From the IMG/VR virus record IMGVR_UViG_3300027038_000001, positions 1 through 57,081 of that record: DNA of 57,081 nt. One strand, written 5' to 3'. Numbering within the stretch: position 1 is the first letter of the stretch; every line of letters begins with the position of its first letter. This document shows positions 17,736-24,912 of this stretch, piece after piece. Under the pieces are notes generated by a model. The model had not been told where the DNA came from. It ran no database searches and saw nothing but the letters and a program-made list of their open reading frames with translations. The stretch comes from a virus (Duplodnaviria > Caudoviricetes). A program made the position numbers and the translations under genes.

Positions 17736-18720
17736 CCTCAAACGGTTGATGGAAGATCAACGTATCTTCAATCGCCAGATCTTCAAACGAAATGGTGCAC
17801 CACCAGAAGCGGTATTGGAGCGGCTACGTCACCTGTCTCTGGGGATGATTGAAGAAAGCATTGAATTCCTTCGAACATTCGAATGGAAGCCGCACAGAAA
17901 GAAGGTGGGGTCGTTGAGCAACCTTGCTCATAGCCACGAAGAGCTGATCGACATGTTCAAGTTCTGGCTGTCGTTGGCTGACTTGACGGACTTTCCGTTG
18001 GATCGTTTAGAGGAGTTGTACCACGCCAAGAGTCGTGTGGTGCGATATCGGTATCAGACCGAATGGATGTCGTCGATCGACCGTCCGTGCGTGGTTGTCG
18101 ATATCGATAATGTCCTCGCCGACTACATCCGTGGTTTCTACAACTGGGCTCAAACTCGAGTTCCAGTTGGATTGACTGCAGATGAAACCGCGGTGCTGCG
18201 CGTTCGTTTGAAAGCGGCGGCAGACGACGGTCGATGGCTTGATGCCGCTGCAGTGGGAATGGAACCAGCTAAGTGGCAATCGATCAAACACGAATTTCGA
18301 AGCACCGGCGGCAAGCTTCTGATACCCGTATTTCCAGACGCACGAGGATTTTTGGAGTGGTGTCGCCTTCGGGGTTGGTTGATCTTACTGATCACAAGTC
18401 GACCGATCGATCAGTATCCAAATATCTTCACAGAGACGATCACGTGGTTGACGGAAGCGAATCTACCGTTTGACCGTCTTTGGTGGGCTGATCGGAAAGC
18501 CGAACGACTTGATATGGGCGGCGTGCCGTTGTCTCAAGTCAAATTCGCGGTTGACGACGATTTGAACTACGTCAATCAATTCGCGAATCGCCAAGTCCGA
18601 ACCTATTGGCTTACACGAAGTGTGCTCCGTATGCAAAGTCATTCGCATATCTTCAGTGTTCGTTCGTTAACCGACGTTCAAAACCATTTCGATGCAGGAG
18701 ATCCACCACCATGGAAATAA
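17728..18720 (+). CDS. Fusion of all-alpha dUTPase/dCTPase-like NTP pyrophosphatase and HAD 5'(3')-deoxyribonucleotidase
   Basis: N-terminal EESIE...WKPHRK...EELIDMFKF; C-terminal VVDIDNVLAD, ITSR, K, VDDD HAD motifs. Confidence 0.85.
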   Translation: MDDLKRLMEDQRIFNRQIFKRNGAPPEAVLERLRHLSLGMIEESIEFLRTFEWKPHRKKVGSLSNLAHSHEELIDMFKFWLSLADLTDFPLDRLEELYHAKSRVVRYRYQTEWMSSIDRPCVVVDIDNVLADYIRGFYNWAQTRVPVGLTADETAVLRVRLKAAADDGRWLDAAAVGMEPAKWQSIKHEFRSTGGKLLIPVFPDARGFLEWCRLRGWLILLITSRPIDQYPNIFTETITWLTEANLPFDRLWWADRKAERLDMGGVPLSQVKFAVDDDLNYVNQFANRQVRTYWLTRSVLRMQSHSHIFSVRSLTDVQNHFDAGDPPPWK

Positions 18721-19967
18721 TTGACGCGAAACATCGACCGCATGCAGTGCACACCGGCGAGAAGCCGACCAACCCGATCACGGAGGGTCCGGAGTCGTTG
18801 CATGTCACGTTGGACCGATGGGGTCCGAAAGACAACCTGTTCACGTCAATGTACGATGCGCTGCAAGCGAACTGGGGCGACTCTCCGAGTCGTACCGTCG
18901 ATCGGAGCACATGCGACGGGTCCTGTCAGAACTGGGAACAGCATCGTACTGGATGGTGCTCGTTGACACCGGACGAACGTGTCTACGTCGAGTCCTGTTT
19001 CGCTGGCAAGACGTTGCAGCAGGTGCTCGAAGGAATTACGTTCGACTTCTGCATCGATGGTGTGACACGAGCGTTCACACACCAAAATGTCCGCACCCGT
19101 GTTGGTGCCGGTTTCATGCAACATGGCGGACGCGACAACGACTGGCGCCACCGTCCGTGGACGATGCCTGAGACGATGCGTCGGATGTGCGAAGCCGACG
19201 ATGCCGCGATCTCGGCCGACCCTGTGGGGTCTGAACTACTTGATGCGTTGGGTTTGAAACATTGCATCACCGATTGGAAGCCGATCAACGCCTATGTCGA
19301 ATCGACCTTCCGATTCGATGGGTTCTCGGACGGCATCAGGGGACGGATCGAACACCACGTCATGAATGCTCGCAAGCTTTACGCTGCGTTGGTCGATGCC
19401 GGCATTCCTTGGCAGGACGCCAGACGGGTGTTGCCGATCGGGATGCAGACCTACATCCACGACCAGTACAACTATCTGGCGTTGTCCGGCGTGTTGGCCA
19501 ATCGGCTCGAACATATCATGGACTGGGAATTCAATTGCGTCGCCCAGCTCATGCTGCGTGAGATCAAGATGAAGTGTCCACCGTTGCTGTCGAAATATCT
19601 TGGCAGTCACAGCGACAAAGCCAAGGCTGCACGGTTTGCCGGTTTGGAGTCTTGGCCTCCGGATCGGAAGTATCCAAGCCCGTACGACGACTGCGCCACT
19701 TGTGGACACGGCGGTAACCACCATCGAAAGTACGACGCCGAAGTGGGTGCGGATGTGCCGCCGGGAGAAGAGGTTTGCTCCGCGTGTGAGAACGAAGGGC
19801 CGAACCTCGCGGTCTCGCCACTACATCGATTTGTTCCGAAGGATCGATTGCCACGGCAACATCGACCAGAGCAGATGCCGTTCTTCGTCTTGCATCCGGA
19901 CAGCATGGCTGGGGGTCCGATCAAATGGATCTCCACCAACGGCGAATACCCACACGACCGGGTATGA
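18711..19967 (+). CDS. thyX: Divergent ThyX-like flavin-dependent nucleotide-modifying enzyme
   Basis: F.IDGVTRAFTHQ.VR, YAALVDAGIPWQDARRVLP and WE motifs match ThyX; the signature is altered to RTRVGAGFMQHGGRD; Cys-rich extensions. Confidence 0.8.
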   Translation: MEIIDAKHRPHAVHTGEKPTNPITEGPESLHVTLDRWGPKDNLFTSMYDALQANWGDSPSRTVDRSTCDGSCQNWEQHRTGWCSLTPDERVYVESCFAGKTLQQVLEGITFDFCIDGVTRAFTHQNVRTRVGAGFMQHGGRDNDWRHRPWTMPETMRRMCEADDAAISADPVGSELLDALGLKHCITDWKPINAYVESTFRFDGFSDGIRGRIEHHVMNARKLYAALVDAGIPWQDARRVLPIGMQTYIHDQYNYLALSGVLANRLEHIMDWEFNCVAQLMLREIKMKCPPLLSKYLGSHSDKAKAARFAGLESWPPDRKYPSPYDDCATCGHGGNHHRKYDAEVGADVPPGEEVCSACENEGPNLAVSPLHRFVPKDRLPRQHRPEQMPFFVLHPDSMAGGPIKWISTNGEYPHDRV

Positions 19968-20257
19968 CGACTTTCACATTCCGTGGGAGTCGCTTCTTGG
20001 AACGAGCTTTGCTCGAGGCTCAGTCCAAGTTTCAACAACGAATCGAGCAGGAGCTACGAACCACCATGGCGAAAGCAGCAAAGAAAGCAGCAGCGAAAGT
20101 CGACAAGAAAGCGGCGGCAAAAGCGGCACGAGTCGCAAAGTCGGCCGCACGCGTTCAGAAGCGCATCGACAAGATCCAGAAGCGCATCGACAAGTTGACC
20201 GATAAAAAGGTCAAGTTGGAGAAGAAGCGCGATCTCGTCGGCGGCAAGAAGAAGTAG
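19964..20257 (+). CDS. Lys/Ala-rich histone H1-like small basic protein
   Basis: MAKAAKKAAAKVDKKAAAKAAR...; start is 19964 (ATGA overlap) or 20066. Confidence 0.6.
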   Translation: MTTFTFRGSRFLERALLEAQSKFQQRIEQELRTTMAKAAKKAAAKVDKKAAAKAARVAKSAARVQKRIDKIQKRIDKLTDKKVKLEKKRDLVGGKKK

Positions 20258-20266
20258 AAGGAGGAT

Positions 20267-21040
20267 ATGGCTGTGCGCGTGACGACAAGAAAGTTCGCAG
20301 TGCTGATTCCATCCAAGGGTCGACCTGAGGTGCTTCTGAAAACGCTGCGTGCACAGCCGTTTCTGAATCGTCCTTCGACTTACATTGGCATCGAAAATGC
20401 CGAAGAAAAGAAGTATCGAAAGGTGCAGAAAGAGTTCAAACGTATCACCTGGGTCAGGTATAACAACCCTGTTGCCAGCGGCACCCTGGCCAGGGAAGAA
20501 TTACGGAAAGCCGCAACCGCCGTGGGATACGAACGCTACGTAGTCACCGACGACAATACGCGTTTCAGTCAGAAGAGTCTACTGACTTTGGTGCATGCGT
20601 CGTTCGTGTATCCGATTCAGCCATGCATCGTCGCCGGTGTGCACGGCACGGCGGAACACTTCGATGCGGGTCGAATCAAACGCACATTGGAGACCCATGA
20701 CGGTCTTCGATTCTACAAGAAGCGTTCAGCAATGTTCTGGGCGCTCCCACACAAGTTCTACTCCAAGATGCGTTACACGGTTGACGAAGGTTGCATGGAC
20801 GATGTGCAGGTCACCTTCGCTGCGTTCGACCAAGGCATCACCGCACAGGTGGTGTGCATGGATGCCCCATTCGCGAAGAAGCGATACAATCCGGGAGGCT
20901 ACGGAGGAATCAACGAACGTGTTCGGAAGGTTGGATTGGCGCTGGTTCGATTCTCCAAGACCCATCCGGATTACATGGCAAAGGTTCGCGTGACCTTTCC
21001 TTGGACACAAATCGAGAAGACACTGAAGGAGAAGTCATGA
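20267..21040 (+). CDS. GT-A fold glycosyltransferase (TET-associated/GREB1-like type)
   Basis: VLIPSKGR, AR, VVTDDN, MDDV, NPGG motifs; AGGAGG RBS. Confidence 0.75.
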   Translation: MAVRVTTRKFAVLIPSKGRPEVLLKTLRAQPFLNRPSTYIGIENAEEKKYRKVQKEFKRITWVRYNNPVASGTLAREELRKAATAVGYERYVVTDDNTRFSQKSLLTLVHASFVYPIQPCIVAGVHGTAEHFDAGRIKRTLETHDGLRFYKKRSAMFWALPHKFYSKMRYTVDEGCMDDVQVTFAAFDQGITAQVVCMDAPFAKKRYNPGGYGGINERVRKVGLALVRFSKTHPDYMAKVRVTFPWTQIEKTLKEKS

Positions 21041-22176
21041 AGGTTCGAGTACCAACAAAACCGTTCGTTCAAAATCCGTGGTCCATCCAACTCGAAGTAG
21101 TTGAGGGTTGCAACTACTCGTGCTGGTTCTGCGGCATCCATTCTATCCGTTCAAAGTCAACTCCAGGAGTAGGCTGGAACGATTTCCGCGAGATGCCGGT
21201 CGAACTCGTCAAGGAGATGTTCAAGGAAACGCGGACATGGCTCCCCGGCGGTGTGCGCGTCGAGTTGGACAATCACGGCGAGCCAACGTTGCACAAGCGA
21301 TTCCCAGATGTGGTCGCCGCGATTCGTCGCGATCCGAAGGCCCACATCCAGCTGCAGACCAACGGATCGCAGATCGAGGAGTGGAAGGTCTTTGAGGAAC
21401 TGGTTACGGAGTGGTTTGCTCGTGGCCTCAATCTCCTTGCGATCAACGCCTACAAACGTTGGTGGGGCAAGCCGCACGAGGAACACAAGACCCGCTACGA
21501 TATGTTCATGGCCTACGCAAAGCAGTACGCCAAGAAACATCCGAACATCCATCGTGTTGTGGATCACTACTATGACAACCCCGATCATCTGTCGATCTAT
21601 CGACGCTATCCGACCAAACTTCAACAGATTTTTGTGTTGGACGATCTCGGGGAAGTCAATGCCAAGAAGCGAACGGAGTCTGGCCGCCCCGTCTCCAAGG
21701 ACATCAACAATGAAGCCGGCAACTCTCCGGAGAAACCGTTACAGAATCTCCTTGGCCAGGAACCGATTACCGAGCCATTGCAGAAGAAGTGCACACGGCC
21801 CTTCCGCGAACTGAACATGGGCTACAACGGTGTCGTCCCGGTTTGCTGCTACGATTGGTCAACGCAGATCCCTGTCGGCAAGTTTCCCGATCAGTCATTA
21901 CAGACGATCTGGGAATCGACGCAACTCAATGCGATCCGAGAGTTGTTGTACCGGAAGAATCGCAACATGACTCCGTGTTCCGTCTGCAGCTACAACGGTG
22001 GATGGAGGCAGGGTCTCATCAAGGCTCCCGGTCTAAAGGCATCGGATGAGGAACTGCAACATGTTTTGGCGGATCATCTGAAGACAATGCGTGGGTACGT
22101 GTTCCCGACCGCACCAGTTGAAGTGGCTGGCACAGTGATTCCGATTCAGTCACTTCGAATCAAGAAGAGGGAGTAG
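21037..22176 (+). CDS. Radical SAM protein with SPASM/twitch domain
   Basis: CNYSCWFC (CxxxCxxC), HGEPTLH, QTNG; C-terminal CTRPF...G.V.VCC.D...C..C. Confidence 0.92.
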   Translation: MKVRVPTKPFVQNPWSIQLEVVEGCNYSCWFCGIHSIRSKSTPGVGWNDFREMPVELVKEMFKETRTWLPGGVRVELDNHGEPTLHKRFPDVVAAIRRDPKAHIQLQTNGSQIEEWKVFEELVTEWFARGLNLLAINAYKRWWGKPHEEHKTRYDMFMAYAKQYAKKHPNIHRVVDHYYDNPDHLSIYRRYPTKLQQIFVLDDLGEVNAKKRTESGRPVSKDINNEAGNSPEKPLQNLLGQEPITEPLQKKCTRPFRELNMGYNGVVPVCCYDWSTQIPVGKFPDQSLQTIWESTQLNAIRELLYRKNRNMTPCSVCSYNGGWRQGLIKAPGLKASDEELQHVLADHLKTMRGYVFPTAPVEVAGTVIPIQSLRIKKRE

Positions 22177-22179
22177 AAG

Positions 22180-22383
22180 ATGGAATGGGATAGTTGGCCG
22201 AACGAAGGGTATCCTTGTGCTGAATGTGGACGTCGTGGCAAGTGTACGGAGGAATGCAAGCTTCGGCAAAACGATCCGGCTGATCAGGGACCACGATGTC
22301 TAGACTGTGGGCAAACCGGAGGTGCGCATATCGCTTCTCCGCCAGCGTGTCCTCAACTAACACGACAACGAGCAGAGGAGTAG
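22180..22383 (+). CDS. Small Cys-rich hypothetical protein
   Basis: CAEC..C...C and CLDC..H..C; GGGAG RBS. Confidence 0.5.
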   Translation: MEWDSWPNEGYPCAECGRRGKCTEECKLRQNDPADQGPRCLDCGQTGGAHIASPPACPQLTRQRAEE

Positions 22384-22385
22384 TC

Positions 22386-23267
22386 ATGGCCGTAGTCAAG
22401 AAAGCGAAACCTGGGATCAAGAAGAAGAGTAAGGAAAAGGAGGTGGCGCCGGAAGAGAAGTTTCGTCTGCCGACGGAGCTGAGTGAACCGAACGACAACC
22501 TCGGTGCATACACATGGCTGATTTTCGGCGAGAAGAAGATCGGTAAGACGACGCTCACGTCGTTGTTCGGCAAGACGGTTCACCTATTCACCGAGCCGGG
22601 AGGCAAAGCGCTCCGTCTGTATCCAGTCGTGGTCGACGATTGGAAGACGTTCAAGAAGGCCGTGCGTGCCTTGAAGAAAGACGACACGTTCGACACCGTG
22701 GTCGTCGACATCGTGGACAAACTCTACCCGATGGTGGAGGATTACACGTGTGAGAAGTTGGTCATCAACGACCTCGCTGAAGAGGAGTGGGGCAAGGGAT
22801 GGCGCGAGAATCGCAAGGAGTTTGAACGTGTATTCGGCGATCTGCTCAACATCGGCAAGGGAGTGATCTTTATCTCACATGCCCAGGAGCAGGAAGTCGA
22901 AACACGGGACGGCAAGAACTACGACCGTATGATGCCGACCATGCACAAGAAGATGCGCGACTTGGTCGAAGGCTCCGTGGACATCTGGGCCTACTACACA
23001 TACGATCGGCAGCGCCGTGTCCTTCAAATTCTTGGCGACGACCACGTCTCTGCGGGACATCGATTGCAGGGACGGTTTCAGACACCAGACGGGCAGCCCA
23101 TTCGTCGAATTGATATGGGCCGCTCGGCGGAAGAGGGCTACCGCAACGTGCGGCTGGCCTTCAACAACAAGTATGTTCCGAAGAAGTCATCGGACATTGA
23201 CCAACCCGAGGAGGAGACCACCACAGAGAAGAAGACAAAGTCCAAGTTCAAGGTTCGTCGTAGCTAA
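22386..23267 (+). CDS. Sak4-like (AAA_24) ATPase/annealase
   Basis: LIFGEKKIGKTT, DTVVVD, WGKGW, VIFISH; GAGGAG RBS. Confidence 0.85.
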   Translation: MAVVKKAKPGIKKKSKEKEVAPEEKFRLPTELSEPNDNLGAYTWLIFGEKKIGKTTLTSLFGKTVHLFTEPGGKALRLYPVVVDDWKTFKKAVRALKKDDTFDTVVVDIVDKLYPMVEDYTCEKLVINDLAEEEWGKGWRENRKEFERVFGDLLNIGKGVIFISHAQEQEVETRDGKNYDRMMPTMHKKMRDLVEGSVDIWAYYTYDRQRRVLQILGDDHVSAGHRLQGRFQTPDGQPIRRIDMGRSAEEGYRNVRLAFNNKYVPKKSSDIDQPEEETTTEKKTKSKFKVRRS

Positions 23268-23291
23268 CCACGTTTCGTAAAGGGATAGATC

Positions 23292-24368
23292 ATGAAGAAA
23301 AAGAGCAAGGGTAAGACCAGCAAGTCCTCGGGCGGCGGCAAGACGGTCGACTTCGGCAAGCACCTCCGCGGGATGAACAAGCATCTCGAGAAAGCCAAGG
23401 AGGCGGCGTCCGAAGGCGGGTTCGAAGAATTCAACGACGGCAAGTATCGCATGCAAGCCGTCGAAGCGAAGGTCGGCGTCTCGAAGAACAAGCGCGTGCA
23501 GGTCGTCATCACTTGGAAGTTCCTGGAAGGGGACTACAAGGGCAAGCAGAAGTTGGACTTCGAAGGTCTGACCGAAGAGCACCTGCCGTATCTTCTCCGC
23601 AAGCTCGAGGCGATGGGCTACGACACGTCGGAGCTCACGGATCTGGAAGATGAACTCAAGCAGATCCTCGACGACATCAAGAAGTCGAAGCCGAAGTGCA
23701 AGGTCTCGTTGAAGACCAAGGGCGAGTTCCAGAACCTCTACGTCAACGGCGTGCTCGGCGAGGACGACGAAGCCGAGGAGGACGACGAGGACGAAGAAGA
23801 GGACGACGAGCCCAAGAAGAAGAAGGGCAAGAAGAAGAAAGACGACGACGACGAGGACGAAGACGACGACTCCGACGATGACGAGGAGGAGGACGACGAC
23901 GAGGACGAAGAAGAGGACGATGAAGAGGAAGAGGAGGAGGAACCGAAGAAGAAGTCCAAGAAGAAGTCGAAGTCCAAGAAGGACGACGACGACGACGAGG
24001 ACGAGGAAGACGAGGACGAAGATGAAGACGATGACGACGACGAGGAAGATGACGACGACGAGGAGGAAGAAAAGCCCAAGAAGGGCAAGGGCAAGAAGAA
24101 GAGCAAGGATGACGAGGAGGATGAGGACGAGGAGGACGACGAAGAGGAAGAGGTCGAAGACGAAGTCGACGTCGTCGTCGGCTCGGTCGTCAAGGCCGAT
24201 TCCAAGAACGGCCGCGTGAAGGGCGAGGTCGTCGAACTCTTCGAAGCCGAAGGCAAAGTCCTCATCAAGACCGACAAGGGTAAGACGCTGAAACTCTCCG
24301 CGGACAAGATCGTGTCCGTTGAAGAGTCGCCGGCGGAGTCGGTGCCGAAGAAAAAGAAGAAGCGCTAA
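23292..24368 (+). CDS. SSB-like (DUF669-type) protein with long alternating acidic/basic tract and C-terminal SH3/KOW-like domain
   Basis: GGFEEFNDGKY...SKNK...WK.LEGDYKG N-terminal domain next to the Sak4-like gene; ~140 aa of D/E and K blocks; VGSVV...GEVVE domain; ends PKKKKKR. Confidence 0.7.
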   Translation: MKKKSKGKTSKSSGGGKTVDFGKHLRGMNKHLEKAKEAASEGGFEEFNDGKYRMQAVEAKVGVSKNKRVQVVITWKFLEGDYKGKQKLDFEGLTEEHLPYLLRKLEAMGYDTSELTDLEDELKQILDDIKKSKPKCKVSLKTKGEFQNLYVNGVLGEDDEAEEDDEDEEEDDEPKKKKGKKKKDDDDEDEDDDSDDDEEEDDDEDEEEDDEEEEEEEPKKKSKKKSKSKKDDDDDEDEEDEDEDEDDDDDEEDDDDEEEEKPKKGKGKKKSKDDEEDEDEEDDEEEEVEDEVDVVVGSVVKADSKNGRVKGEVVELFEAEGKVLIKTDKGKTLKLSADKIVSVEESPAESVPKKKKKR

Positions 24369-24378
24369 CCGGTAATAC

Positions 24379-24456
24379 GATCTGGGTGGAGTCTTATAGG
24401 AGACGCCTTAAAGCGTGGGTCAGTGATCCCACCGCCCAGTTCACTTTTTTTCTTCT
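24379..24456 (+). terminator. Branched stem-loop followed by T-tract
   Basis: CTGGGTGG 24382-24389 pairs with CCGCCCAG 24432-24439, encloses two hairpins and is followed by TTTTTTTCTT. Confidence 0.55.
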
Positions 24457-24471
24457 TTGGATGAGGCACAT

Positions 24472-24912
24472 ATGACTGTCGACGAAATGAGCTTGCAGAT
24501 GGAACAATTCCTCCATGACTGCAATCTGTTACAGTGGAAGAAGAACAAGGACTACCACCCAGATGGGGTGGCCATGTTGGAGATTCTCCAGACGGCGTTC
24601 GAAACCGGCATCACGGTCGAACAAGACCTCTGGGCGAGGACACGGAAACAAACGTCGGCGTTGCGCCGGTTCGTAATTGAAGGACATGTGGAGTCCGAGT
24701 CGCCCGAATCGCGAATGACCGACATTGCGGTCTACATGTCCATGATGGCCTTCTGGGTGGCCAATCGAAAACAGATTCTCGAAGATGCATTGTTCTGGTT
24801 GTCAAAGCACCGACATTGCGAAGACCCGCCGACCTGTGGCACTCCGAATCACTTCTGCGATCGCTGTGCATTCGTCACTTGGTTGAGCGACTATGCTAGT
24901 ACGAGTCGCTAG
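24472..24912 (+). CDS. DUF1599/Nmad1-like (MazG-fold) nucleotide-modification-associated protein
   Basis: LLQWKKNKDY...K...R...ES.ESRMTDIAVY pattern; C-terminal Cys cluster. Confidence 0.55.
   Translation: MTVDEMSLQMEQFLHDCNLLQWKKNKDYHPDGVAMLEILQTAFETGITVEQDLWARTRKQTSALRRFVIEGHVESESPESRMTDIAVYMSMMAFWVANRKQILEDALFWLSKHRHCEDPPTCGTPNHFCDRCAFVTWLSDYASTSR

Noticed and set aside
23738-24307. Poly-Ser minus-strand ORF (also 8605-8820 and 11678-12067)
   Set aside because: Antisense shadows of GAC/GAG/GAA acidic tracts.
24379-24442. tRNA gene
   Set aside because: Too short, no 7-nt anticodon loop on a 5-bp stem, no TTC loop and no CCA.
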